A DNA stretch of 60,686 nucleotides, counting the filler, from Basidiobolus ranarum (lineage: Eukaryota): NCBI GenBank assembly GCA_040143965.1. It is 8 parts of 8 records of this genome, joined end to end, with 100 filler letters (N's around TTAATTAATTAA, not from the genome) between each part and the next. Parts side by side here need not be neighbours in the genome. Positions count along the whole stretch, not along the records: positions 1 to 7,517 come from JASJQH010001108.1; positions 7,618 to 15,132 come from JASJQH010001109.1; 6 more parts are not named here. One strand, written 5' to 3'. The translations under genes were made by a program, and so were the position numbers. The first letter of the stretch is position 1; every line of letters begins with the position of its first letter. This document shows positions 1 to 11,604 of this stretch, piece after piece. A model generated the notes under the pieces. It did not search any database and was not told where the DNA came from. It saw only the letters and a list, made by a program, of their open reading frames with translations.

Positions 1-376
1 GTTGAGCACGAATTTTATTACCCTTGTCTGTTTTAGTCGTACTATTCACTCATTGTACATGGTAGAATAGGTAAAATAACTCATATATATATTTCTTTTA
101 TTCATAACTCAGATTAGATTGACTCATCCTCGGGATTACTGTATCTCCGTTTTCAAGCAAAGGTTATTTCTTAATTTTCATTTAGAGTTTTGTTAGCCAA
201 CCCGGTGGATTTGTCTTAAATTTTGTTACATCTCAAATCCTACATTTGGGTCTGAACCAACTCCGGAGTAGCTTTTTGGATGACCTTCGACTGGATGTCT
301 ATCTCATCATTAGAACGATAGTACCATGTACTTGACGCCTCCCCTCAACAATGATGCATGATGACTACTTGATACA

Positions 377-514
377 TATATAGCCTGTTGAACCCTAATG
401 GTCATTTATATAGCCTGCTGAGCCTTAATGTCCATCTATATAGTTTGTTGAGCCTTAATGTCCATCTATATAGTTTGTTGAGCCTTAATGTCCATCTATA
501 TAGTTTGTTGAGCC
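377..514. repeat. 30-bp minisatellite, about 4.6 copies
   Basis: Unit TATATAGTTTGTTGAGCCTTAATGTCCATC starts at 377, 407, 437, 467 and 497 (partial); the first two copies are slightly diverged. Confidence 0.9.
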
Positions 515-559
515 CGTCGACCTAATCTTACTTGTTACGTTTCACAAGAAGATGTTGCT

Positions 560-1420
560 GATACTATTGCCAATATCTGTTGGGTTGGAACCTAGGATTC
601 AGGTTGAGATTACTCTACTGTTTTAGGCTTTCGAGTCACTGGGATATTTTCCCACTGCTTTTCACTCCACCAATCCTTGTCCGCTGTAATCATCTTGTGT
701 CCCAAAAATGGGATTGAAGAGGAAATTTTGGCGATGGTGTCGAGCTGAGAGCGACATCCTGAGCCTGATTCTAGCCCATAGCATGGATACATATCATGAA
801 AATTATTTGCCTAAAAAGGGAATTCCCTTCAAGCTTGGGGGAGCAGGTGATATACGATACCCGTTTTATTTCATAATTAGCGATGGAATCGAACAACCGC
901 GAAAGAGCGAATGGCGCAGAATAGCTACATGGCAAAGCAATGTGCAGTTCCTGTTAACTGTTGACCATCTACGAATGATAACACATGATCGGGTACACCA
1001 ACAAGGTCTTTGCCATGACGTGGAGAATCCATGGCTTCGTTTCAAGTTGTTTTCCAGATTGCGAGGTTTTTGGTAATTTCAAGCACCTCACTTCTCAACC
1101 ATTTGAATCCGATATGCTGAATCATGTTCCCACAAGAGCTACTCTTCATACATACAGGCATGGTACATGTAACTGGGCGACTCCGGGTCAGAACGGGAGG
1201 AGAGGGTAAGATAGTGCAAGATCTATATCTATATATTCCAATAGACTATAGGGCTCACGTGCAGTTTATGCGGATATCCCATCACCAAGTGCTACAAGTC
1301 TACCTAAAGCATACCTTATAGCTTATTTGCCTAACATCTCTTTCTTACCATGGTTCATAATTTACCCCAAAAGTCAACCTATTACTATTAATAAACACTG
1401 TTAGTTCTCTATCATAAGGG
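560..1420 (+). mobile_element. Possible highly decayed Ty3/gypsy pol remnant
   Basis: Only faint motifs in broken frames: KKGIPFKLG resembles the RT-connection KKxxPFxW, and RIHG...TLHTY...NW resembles integrase. No intact ORF. Confidence 0.25.
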
Positions 1421-2021
1421 TAGATTACACACGTCTCAAATCACACAAGGGGCTTCTAAATAGAAACATCCCTCACACGCAAGTGTTGAACAATATTGGT
1501 CCTGTGAGAAAAACACGATCAAGTTCAAGGCCATAGTATTAATCGACCTGTTCTCAAATGTGGTAAAAAACAACCCACAAACCTGTAATTAACTCGTATT
1601 GATGTTAGTTGCAGCTGCTCTCCAGTGATGGATCATCATAGTGAGAGATTTTCGTTGGCTAGTTTGCCATGGGAAACATTCGCCTTCTATCTAATCAAGC
1701 ACTGGGCTACACTTAGGGATACAATAGTGAATCGAGCATTTAAAAGCGCTAAAATAGTTATCTAAACCACATGTTAAAGGTCCGTTGACCTCGATGATGG
1801 GAATAACTAAGATCAAGCACGATATTCCCATTTTTGCTTTGTCAGACACTCGGGTAGATAGTTGATTCTAGGTAACATCCATTTTTATGGGAATCCTTAT
1901 CCATAATCACTAACTGATCCAATCAGTCATCCTATGGAGTCACTATAAAATGGTGAGAGGTCTGTAGTAAGCAGTATCTCAAACACTTTTCCTCACCTTT
2001 CCGCATTCATTCTCGCTTCAT

Positions 2022-3662
2022 ATGTCTGAGAAGGATATTAAATCTGATTCTAGGCAAGTTGGCCATGAAGAAGGCCTTGCCCCATCCACCTCTCCTGCTG
2101 ATATCGAAGGATTACGCAGAGTTGCTGGCAAGATTCCTATTGCCGCCTGGTTCATCATTGTAAACGAGTTCTGTGAACGTTTCGCTTACTACGGTGGTTC
2201 CGCTCCATTTACTAACTACATTCAGTTCCCTCCTGGCAACCCTAAACAAGCTGGTGCTCTTGATATGGGTCAAGCAACCTCTACTGCCTGGAAGCAGTTC
2301 TTCACCTTTTTCTGTTACTTGACTCCCTTGATCGGTGCAGTGATTTCTGACCAATATCTTGGAAAATACAAATCTATCTTGATCTTCTCCATTATCTACA
2401 TGTTGGGATGGCTTATTTTGACTATTACTGCTGCTCCCTCCATTATGTATCAAGCTGGTTATCCTGGCTACATCGTCTCACTTTTCGTTATTGGTATGGG
2501 TACAGGTGGTATCAAACCTTTGGTTTCACCTATGGCCGCTGATCAATACAACCAAAGCGAACTTGAGGTTCGTGTCATCAAAGGAGAACGTGTTGTTGTT
2601 GACCCTGAGTTGAACGCCCAACATTTGTATAACTGGTTCTACTGGGCTATCAACGTTGGATCTTTGATCGGTGGTGTCATCACTCCTCTTCTCGCCCTTA
2701 ATGTCGGTTTCTGGCTTGCTTTCCTCATTCCTACCGTTATGTTTGCCTTTGCCATTATTGTCTTCTTCTCCGGAAACAAACTTTACAACAAGGTTCCACC
2801 CAGTGGTGAATCAGCCATCGTTAAAGGTTACCGTTGCTGGATGTATGCTCGCAAGCGTGCCTCCAAAGCCACACAAAAGTTGCAATTCACTTTGGATGCT
2901 GCCAAATCTGACTGCCCCCACATCCCAGCTGAAACTGACGAGGAGAAGTCACATCGTAGATGGGACGATCGCTTTGTTGATGATGTAAAGCAAACTTTAA
3001 TGGCATGCAAGATTTTCGTCCCAATGACTGTCTACTGGATTGCTTACAATCAGATCACCTCCAATTTGATTTCTCAAGCTGCTGATATGGCTCTCCCCGA
3101 AGGTATTCCCAACGATATCATCACCAACATTGATCCTATTTGTATTGTGCTTTTCATCCCTATTATGGATGTCATTGTCTACCCCGCTCTCCGTAAAATC
3201 AACAAGAGCCCTCGTCCTATGGTCCGTATTACTCTCGGATTCTGGCTTGGTGCTTTGGCTATGATGGCCTCTGCTGTGGTTCAAAATGAAATTTACCGTC
3301 GTCGTGACGCTTCAGAACCACTCTTGAATGTTTGGTGGCAAATTCCTGCTTACTTCCTCATCGCCCTCTCCGAAATCTTCGCCAGTATCACCTCTCTTGA
3401 ATACTCCTACACCCATGCCCCCGATTCTCTTAAGGGTATGGTATCTGCTTTATCCCTATTACCTAATGCCATCTCCGCTCTTATTGGTATCTTCTTGGCT
3501 CCCGTCTCCCAGGATCCTTATCTTACTTGGATGTATGGTGGAGTTGCCATTGCTTGTGCTGTCGTTGGAACTGGTTTCTGGTTCTTCTTCCGAAACTATG
3601 ATAACCTTGACGAGGAAATTAAGCAAAAGCGATTGGAAGCTGAAAAATCTAAAGAATATTAG
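2022..3662 (+). CDS. PTR2: POT/PTR-family di/tripeptide-H+ symporter (MFS), intronless
   Basis: 546-aa ORF with the ExxERFxYYG motif (EFCERFAYYG), GTGGIKP and FYWAINVGSL, about 12 hydrophobic segments and strong codon bias. Confidence 0.95.
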   Translation: MSEKDIKSDSRQVGHEEGLAPSTSPADIEGLRRVAGKIPIAAWFIIVNEFCERFAYYGGSAPFTNYIQFPPGNPKQAGALDMGQATSTAWKQFFTFFCYLTPLIGAVISDQYLGKYKSILIFSIIYMLGWLILTITAAPSIMYQAGYPGYIVSLFVIGMGTGGIKPLVSPMAADQYNQSELEVRVIKGERVVVDPELNAQHLYNWFYWAINVGSLIGGVITPLLALNVGFWLAFLIPTVMFAFAIIVFFSGNKLYNKVPPSGESAIVKGYRCWMYARKRASKATQKLQFTLDAAKSDCPHIPAETDEEKSHRRWDDRFVDDVKQTLMACKIFVPMTVYWIAYNQITSNLISQAADMALPEGIPNDIITNIDPICIVLFIPIMDVIVYPALRKINKSPRPMVRITLGFWLGALAMMASAVVQNEIYRRRDASEPLLNVWWQIPAYFLIALSEIFASITSLEYSYTHAPDSLKGMVSALSLLPNAISALIGIFLAPVSQDPYLTWMYGGVAIACAVVGTGFWFFFRNYDNLDEEIKQKRLEAEKSKEY

Positions 3663-4424
3663 ATTTCGGAGTGCGTATTAACACTTTGTTTATAGCTCTT
3701 TAATTTCCAAATTCCTAACTGATTTAAAGCCCCTCCCTTAAAGTTTCTTCTTTTAAATATGAGGTCACTTCCCATTTTGATTTGATTTACTTTAACTGTT
3801 ACTTGATTGGATTCTTATAGCATCCTCATCCTCATCCCCCTCCTCATTCCCTTTATTTATGAATTAATAATTAAAAATAATCTTTCTAATTACCCGGCAC
3901 TTCGGCTTTGTGGACCAGTCATTATTTGACGAATATATATTTCGACCTTCACCGAATAGATCGACTTGTACCATGTGTAGCTATCAGGGAATTGATTTAC
4001 AATCGAATGTGTGGCGAAATCGAACACATTATTATTACAAGACATAGTAGCAGACCGGGTAAGAGCGGGGCATGACCAGACCCTACCTAGTGTTCACGTC
4101 AAAAGTAGATTGGAATTCGTATCTAGATGCTAGACAAAAAAGTAGAGATATTTCACTTCAAATATTTGGTACTCGAGGACTGTTTATGAAGTTACTCACT
4201 ATATTTGTTAACAATGATTCTTATTGAAATTACACAAGCTCTATGGTTGAATAATAATAAAATCAAAATCACTTGTGTAGACAACCATTTATTTACTGTA
4301 TGTGTGACAGAATAGTGTATAGAGTGTAATAAAATTGCTTCATGAAAGATAAACAATATGCTATAAGATGTTACTGAGAAGAAGTGGGTTTGAGGTTGAG
4401 GTAATAGTTCTCTAGGGAAGAAAT

Positions 4425-4748
4425 CTATTGGCTCTTGCCAGACCAGGAGGAAGTGTTAGGTTTGCTAGCGCCGGTGGAGATCTTGACACTCCATTCACGG
4501 TCAGAGTGAACAAAGCCATCAAGGTTTTTAACGGCCTCCAAAGCTTCTTCTTCCTCCATTTCTACGAAACCATAACGTGCATTGGGACGACGAACATTGG
4601 TGACAGTACCGTATTGGCTAAAAGTAGTCTCGAGCTCTTCGGGTGTGGTGAAGTTGGAGAGGTTTCCAACAAAGATGGTTTTGGTGGCATAGTTGCGAGC
4701 AACTTGTTGAAGGGAGCTTGACTTGAGGCTTCTGATAACGGAGAACAT
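4425..4748 (-). CDS. Small single-RRM RNA-binding protein with a probable mitochondrial presequence
   Basis: RNP2 (IFVGNL) and RNP1 (RYGFVEM) are present. The N-terminus MFSVIRSLKSSSLQQVARNYA is basic, Ser-rich and has no acidic residues. Confidence 0.85.
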   Translation of the reverse strand: MFSVIRSLKSSSLQQVARNYATKTIFVGNLSNFTTPEELETTFSQYGTVTNVRRPNARYGFVEMEEEEALEAVKNLDGFVHSDREWSVKISTGASKPNTSSWSGKSQ

Positions 4749-4977
4749 GCTTAAAGGATTGTAGAGATTGAGTAAGCACGAAGGTGATTCATATACTCCA
4801 GAGAGAAAATTTTACGTGGACAGAGAATTTATTTTTTTATCTTGATCAAATTTCTAAATAAATTATTGAATTTCAACAAATAAATTCCTGTAATTACATA
4901 TCTATACAAATCAGATACTTTATGGTAACAATGCATATCTCGACAATGACGATAGATTCTAAAATTTAACTATCCAT

Positions 4978-6819
4978 TTATTCTTCGTCTTGCTTGTCTT
5001 CCTTGCTTATTCTAGGTAGAGGAATTTGGTTGCAAATTAAAGCGCTGTCAGGAATTGTGCCTTCGGGATTGATATATGTGTAGTATTCAGGGAAGGTGTC
5101 AATTCCTTTAATCCATTGATCGAAGCTAATAAAGTAATGGTGTTAATTTAATATACATATATAAGTATGCAAATCCGCTTTTTTACGTACAAGTTCTCTT
5201 CGTTCTCGACTTGGATCATGGCGTTGTAGATATATTTCTCTTTGAATACCTCCATTTGCTCCTAAAATGCTCAATTTTTAGACGTTATGATCGATTTTAA
5301 CCTACACGGATGAAAATTTACCTGGTATGGGTCAAATTGGATCACTTCTCTACCCATTTCTACGGCTCTCTTGTTGTACGCGCCAAAGACAGGCTTCATA
5401 CAGAACAAATACTAAGGTTAACTCAGGTTCACAACTAAATGAGAAAAATGCTTCTCACTTTCTCTAACAAAAGTCCAATTCCAGGTGCCTTGGGGATGTT
5501 GATCTTCTTTTCCTCAAAGGTTCTGTCCATAAGACTCAAAGGATTGTTGGTGCGAGCCATCAAAATGACCAGACCTATATAAGCAAATACATGAGCATTG
5601 GAAGGTCAGACACGCATACAAGGTTACTTACCAACCATCTTTCTAATTTGATGAATCATAAAGGCTTGGCCGTGTACTTTGAGACTTAACCATTCACAAC
5701 CATCAATGATTTTGGGTTCGGAGCACTAGAGGGATGAGTGAAAGAGTGAGTGATTGTTGTACACTAGTTATTCATGAATCTTGACGTACAGTGAAGCTCA
5801 TAATAAACCGTTTGGCACTAGCATCCTTGAACGATTTTCCATTCGTAAAGTTATGGTAGTTATGAGTTCCGACATATTTATTCAATGCACTTCGAACGTA
5901 GGTGAGGGTCTCTGGCGACATTCTATACTGTCTTTTAATCGCCATTTCCTCAGCAGTAGAAGGGGGGATTTGACGTTCTACAGGAGGTAAACTGTTCACC
6001 TCACCAGATGGAGGTATGAACACATACGAGGGCATCAAGTATTCGTAGTATCTAGAGTCACAATGATTCTTAGCGTGGAATGATGCCATCGCCTTAATGT
6101 ATCCTAACATATAATAACTCGTTTAGTAAAGTATTTCTTAAGCTGAAATACTATATAGATCACATACCCCACACATGGATTTGTTCTGGAAGGTGAGCAT
6201 TAATCTTTTCAATGATATCAGGATCTTCTACAATCATTTTGAGATTGACCACTTGGCCAGCAGCATGGACACCTTTGTCTGTTCTGGCAGCACGAGCAAA
6301 GCCTACCTGTGGGGTAGAAAAAAGAAAATGTTCAGCGTACATACAATAATAAGTGAGTTGCAATAGTTGCACACCTTTTTCTGATCAACAGCGTTGTCTT
6401 TAGAAACAGCACCAGTAGCAATGAGAGCTTTGAAAAGTTCACTTTCGATGGTGATAGCACCAGGATTACTAAACGTACGATTGCAGTCAGTATATAGGAA
6501 AATGTGGATTTTGAAGTGGATCGTCAACTTACACTTGCATGCCCTGGTATCCAGTTCCGCAATAACTCATCAGTAAAGCGACTTTTTTCTTTGGTAGTCT
6601 CTTTTCTTTTTCGACCGATGTGACTTCCGGAGCGTCTTGTTTAGTTGCAACATTCGTAGCGGGATTGACGGACGCGTCTTCTACCTTAGTAGTTACTTCG
6701 ACAGGATCGAGACTTTGTTTTTTCTCGGGTTGCTCATTTTCTGGGCTTTCCAAAGTATGTTTCAAGGAAACAATCTCTTCACTCACGATTTGTTCGGTTG
6801 TTTGTTCTTGCGATGCCAT
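4978..6819 (-). CDS. PUS1: tRNA pseudouridine synthase (TruA/Pus1 family), multi-exon
   Basis: Exon fragments give [32 protein letters not shown] (catalytic Asp), [34 protein letters not shown] and [12 protein letters not shown]. Stop TAA is at 4978-4980. Confidence 0.93.
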
Positions 6820-6918
6820 CTCGTATAGTGGGTTGATATTGTGCTGGTTAAAGACGGTTTACTAATTACAGAAACAACTCAAGATCAGTGTGCGAAAATC
6901 CAATAATTTTTTTCATCC

Positions 6919-6975
6919 AGAACGACCATAGTTACATAAGAACCTGATTAAACTTAGAACGGTTATAGTTACATA
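6919..6975. promoter_or_regulatory. Duplicated 20-bp motif in the PUS1/RPL42 divergent promoter
   Basis: AGAACGACCATAGTTACATA (6919-6938) and AGAACGGTTATAGTTACATA (6956-6975). The core TAGTTACA resembles the Homol-D box CAGTCACA. Confidence 0.35.
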
Positions 6976-7124
6976 TTAAACTAGGGATTTTTTGTGATCT
7001 CCGTGTAAATCAATAGTGTATCTAAGATGGAAAAATTATCAGACCTGATGGACCTTTAAAGATGTTTCGATAGAAAAAAGAGTTTCTTCCTTCTCATTTC
7101 CCGTCTGGTGAATTTGTTATTAGA

Positions 7125-7517
7125 ATGGTTAGTTTAAATTATATCAAGGCATAACATCCATCTGAACTCGAACTCCATCCATCGTAGTATGGTACTTTCG
7201 ACATCAATGATAGCCTTACATAACAATATTCCAAATTTCTTGAACTAACAAGATTCTTGAATACTAAAAGGTCAACATTCCTAAAACCAGAAATACCTAC
7301 TGCAAAGGTAAAAGCTGCAAAAAGCACACCCCTCACAAGGTCACCCAGTACAAGACCGGAAAGGCTTCCCTCTTCGCTCAAGGTACTTCTAAAACGTCGA
7401 TATAGAAACTCTGATATCATATTTTAATCATTCGAATCTGTTGTTTAGGAAAGCGCCGTTACGATCGTAAACAATCCGGTTATGGTGGTCAAACCAAGCC
7501 CGTTTCCACAAGAAGGC
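7125..7517 (+). CDS. RPL42: 60S ribosomal protein eL42 (L44e), 3' end truncated by contig end
   Basis: ATG 7125-7127, intron 7128-7270, exon [38 protein letters not shown], intron 7383-7448, then [17 protein letters not shown]. Confidence 0.95.
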
Positions 7518-7617
7518 NNNNNNNNNNNNNNNNNNNNNNNNNNNNNNNNNNNNNNNNNNNNTTAATTAATTAANNNNNNNNNNNNNNNNNNNNNNNNNNN
7601 NNNNNNNNNNNNNNNNN
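7518..7617. other. Artificial contig linker (N44-TTAATTAATTAA-N44)
   Basis: Identical 100-nt spacer with stops in all six frames, found 7 times at about 7.6-kb spacing. Confidence 0.99.
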
Positions 7618-9986
7618 ACTGGCGGAAATTGTCATAGCAATCAGTGGGTTGGCTTGCTACCAGGAGAAGTGCAACAATGGTCTGCAAAAACAGTAAGAGA
7701 AACATTACTAAAGATGAACGGGAGGCAAGTCGGGCCTTTATAAAGTCCAGCGTGACTCAGTAAAGAGCATGCACTCCAAGTTCTCTGTAGGTCAATTCCA
7801 GTTACGCCACACTCATAATTAGGTTGGTCAAGTAATTGCGCATTTTGAACTAATAAATGATAGCAAACCAGCTTGAATGATAACTTTACCCCAAGCGTTT
7901 CAGATGTGAAACAAGCCAGGCCTGGATTAAAGTTAATTCTGCTGTTCAGCTTCGATAACGTTGAAATAAATTCAGAGTCAATGTACGCATAAGTCGATTG
8001 CAATTAGAATCTAGCAGTTAGAGTTATGTAGCCAATCTTCCTATGCTACAGACCTGCTAATTTGATCTTGATTGGAAAATTTACTGTTGCCGATCATTCC
8101 CTTGTGAGCTTAATATTCTAACAAAAGATTGCACTGAGGTTTGTCTCTCACCTGCGAAGCATAAAGAATACCCAATTAAGGATAATTAGGGAAGTGGCTC
8201 TGGCGAACTACTGAGATGGTCACCATGGAAGCGGCACTAAAGGAAGTGACACAATAGCACTAGTGGCGAAAATACTGACCTTTTCTGAGATGATCTATAA
8301 TTGTAAATGAATAAAGAACTAGGTTACGAAGAATTGAGTTTGAGCAATGATTTATACAAAGCATGCAGTTATCTCTTAAATTGCTAGTAATAAACTTGAT
8401 ATTGGAAGGTCTAAATACAGTAGTTTATGGACAGAGATGAAACAAAATTGAAGTAGTGGCCATCCAGGCAATGCACCATGGAATAAACATCAAGAAGTAT
8501 TCTCTCCTGGAAAGGCGTGTTGTTTAGTATATATATATATAGTTGGAAACATTTTTAAATACGATTTTTAATCCTGTTGCACGGAAACTATTGATAAAGG
8601 GATCTTTCTCCACTGGTATTTTGTAATTAGCTGTAATCTTCTCTTTAGTACCACCGTGCTGCTTAGCTGCTTAAGTTGAGATTCAACCGTCTGTTTTTGA
8701 TTAACACTCTGAAGAGTATGACAATAATCGACTTGTCAATAATATTAAAAAAAACTAAACCATGTGAAAATCTACCATATTGTTTCCTACTAGATAAAAA
8801 AGAAAAACATCCTTCAACTTCTTTCTGCATCATCTCTTTAGTCGTCATGATATTAACGATGTTTCTAATTGTTAAGGATGGATGAGATAAAGACTTGTAG
8901 TAGAGAATACTAATAGTTTGCCATTATAACCTACACTGAAATACTCAAGTATCACCATTTTTATTTCAAGTTTGGCCTTTACCTATGAATTAAAACTAAA
9001 TTAAAGTCAATGTATTAGAATGCCAAATATGATAGAACAAAACTGGCTTTGGTACGTGTCAGTATATATTGATCGTTATAGTATTCTCTGTGTACATATG
9101 AGAGAATTGATCTCATTGATGCGCTTTAGGTCTTCAACTGAGGAACGTAATGGCCGAAAATAATTACTGTACAATCAGTTAACCCAAAGAGAAATGCGTC
9201 ATTTAGGATACATCTTAGACATTGGGCTACGAAGCCTGAGAATTATATACTTTAAAAGTTGTGAACAACTCCAAGAGCCAGAAAGTCAAATAGATATGGC
9301 TGAGGATCGATTTTCTGAAAGGTGATAATTAAAGGCGCGTATAAATATACCTGCTTATGTCATTAGCCTAGATACTGGAGTTGCCAAGTGCTTTCAATTT
9401 TGCACTTTACCACTTTACCTACCATTTCGGGTGTCGCTGTTGTCACCTTGATCAGAGTTGTAGTTATACTACAATCATTGATTAACAGCCGATTATGACG
9501 CACATTTAACAGGCAGTCAGTATGGTTGGTGTTACATAGTAAGAACTGTTGCTTGATTCTTAAGCACAATACATATACAGGTGGAGTGGGATAATGGGCA
9601 TATAAGTATATGACAAGATCTCAAGGATCGAATAAGCCAATTCGGGGTTTTCTTGTACTACTGCAACAACATACCACCAGATGAGATTTTAGTACAAATC
9701 CTATATATCAGGTTATGTTACGGTTAAATTTACCCGGCTGATTGAAAGGTTTAAACCTAGTGATGATACTCCAAGACACCATGAAGAATACTGCGATAAT
9801 AGTATCACTTCGGCTAATCTATGCATTGTAAGATTGAAATTTAAAACTTTTTTCTTCTTTTATTTGTATCGCACTAAACTTGATATCAGCCACTCGTAAA
9901 ACACTAAACATGACATAAATAAGCAATGAAGAGCCAGCCTTCTTACCAATAGAAATATACAGCTTAAAAATACCGTCATCGCGGCT

Positions 9987-10895
9987 AAGGGCTTACTCCT
10001 ATTACTCCTTTCTATCCTTTCCTTGGCTTCATAGCTTAGTTGAAATTGGTACAAAATTTTTATCTGGTATTCCAAGATGCTCCGAAACTGGTGGTTCTAA
10101 CAATGGCAATACATCCCCTATCAATGATAATGGGGTACTGGACCTGGAACTAGTTTCTCACAGTTAGGCCCTTTAAACAAAGGGGACAAAGTAACAATCT
10201 AATGCCAAGGTACTGGCGAGTCTGTCACTGGCTACAATGTCAGGGACAAATTCACTAATGGCAATTGCGTATTTACGTCGAAACCGGCAGCAAATATATA
10301 TCTGGTGTATCTAAATGAGATGGAGACAGTGGCAATGGTAATGGTGGCAATATTGGCGGTGATAAGTCCCCATCAATGACAATGGAGTCCGCGTTCGTTC
10401 AGGGCCTATCTATTCTCAGGTAGTACTTTGAATAAAGGTGATAAAGTAACCATTCAATGTCAAGATACAGGAGAATCTGTCAACGAATGCAATGTCTGGG
10501 ATAAGCTTACTAATGGCAACTGGGTTTTCGATAAATACGTCGAGACTGGTAGTCAGTACGTCGCTGGAATTCCCAAATGTGAGGGTAGGGCTAATGGTAA
10601 CGGTAACTGTAGGAATAACGGCAATGGTGGGTCCAACAATGGTCATTAACCAGGCTGGACTGGATTTGGTCAAGAGTTCTGAAAGATAGTTTCCCAATTT
10701 CTATATTGACCCCGTAGGTATCAAAACTATTGGTTATGGTCATGCCGGTCACTCTGATCCTACTGAGTGTGCCAACATCAGTGTCACCTTAACACTCGAA
10801 GTGAAGATTTACTACGTCGCGATATGGCAAAGTTTAAGAAGTGTGTTAGCGGGCTTATTCAGCCTCTCTTGCTTCAAACCAATTTGCGGCGCTTG
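9987..10895 (+). pseudogene. Secreted SH3-like cell-wall-binding repeats plus GH24 (phage-type) lysozyme, pseudogene
   Basis: Signal remnant KGLLLLLLSILSLAS*. Repeats read INDNGVRVRSGP..LNKGDKVTIQCQDTGESVN..VWDKLTNGNWVFDKYVETGSQYVAGIPKC (two near-complete plus one tail). The catalytic part reads INQAGLDLVKSSER*FPNFYIDPVGIKTIGYGH...EDLLRRDMAKFKKCV...SNQFAAL. Multiple stops and frameshifts. Confidence 0.8.
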
Positions 10896-10992
10896 CAAAA
10901 AGGTCGGGTATTCCTGCTACAACAATAGTGGCTGTTGCTACAAGAAATGTGCAGTAGTTAGTGGCTCCAACCCAACCCGTGCCTGCCGTTAG
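10894..10992 (+). other. Knottin-like (C-C-CC-C-C) cysteine-rich peptide module with stop codon
   Basis: CKKVGYSCYNNSGCCYKKCAVVSGSNPTRACR*, with spacing C-x6-C-x5-CC-x3-C-x11-C. It joins the broken lysozyme out of frame. Confidence 0.6.
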
Positions 10993-11604
10993 TAGTTCGG
11001 GATTATCGTTTCCTTCTCTGAACAAAAACTCGGATTGTTTTCATACAAATTATGGTGGCAAATAGGCTTCTTATCTATGCTTCCTCCTTACTGTTGGTTT
11101 CAGTGGCTGATTATACCTCTGCGTATATCAATGACTTTACCTGCATACAGTAAACAGTGACATCAGCACAGACTAGTGGGCTACACCACATTATCCATTC
11201 CTGGATGTTTGAGCTAGTGTGAGACACCTTGCTTCATTTGATTTGCACGTTGTCTGTTTGGGAGATTCAGTTTATGATTATAATTGGGCATGAACTTTCT
11301 TGTATCCATATGTCAATGGAATTCAATCCACCATTGGTTACGGTAGTGATTATGGTAGCAGAATTGGTTGGAAGAATTGAAGGAGTTTGCAACAGGTGTC
11401 TAAAGCACATCTGAAGTGTGCATATGCAGGAATAGATCATCTGGAGAGAATGCTTACCCCATAAGGGGACTGCATTGCCCAGATCCCTTACCTATCCTAC
11501 TAAACTGCCCCACTAACCCTTAAAGTTCTCGTTGTCCAACCTTTGCAATATTTTATATACACAGTATTCCTGTCAGAATATCCTCAGTTGATTGCTATAC
11601 AATC

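Noticed and set aside
377-514. 30-bp repeats as a possible CRISPR array
   Set aside because: The units are contiguous with no unique spacers, there are no cas genes, and the context is eukaryotic.
7641-8340. 120-aa minus-strand ORF and nearby splice-like sites
   Set aside because: Non-ATG start, no recognisable motif, and I could not build a consistent gene model.
10801-10893. Apparent signal peptide for the knottin in ORF 10801-10992
   Set aside because: GTG start, and these bases encode the GH24 helix (EDLLRRDMAKF...NQFAAL) in other frames, so the leader is probably fortuitous.
11160-11460. Possible gag remnant upstream of the methyltransferase
   Set aside because: Only a vague resemblance on the minus strand; too degraded to support.
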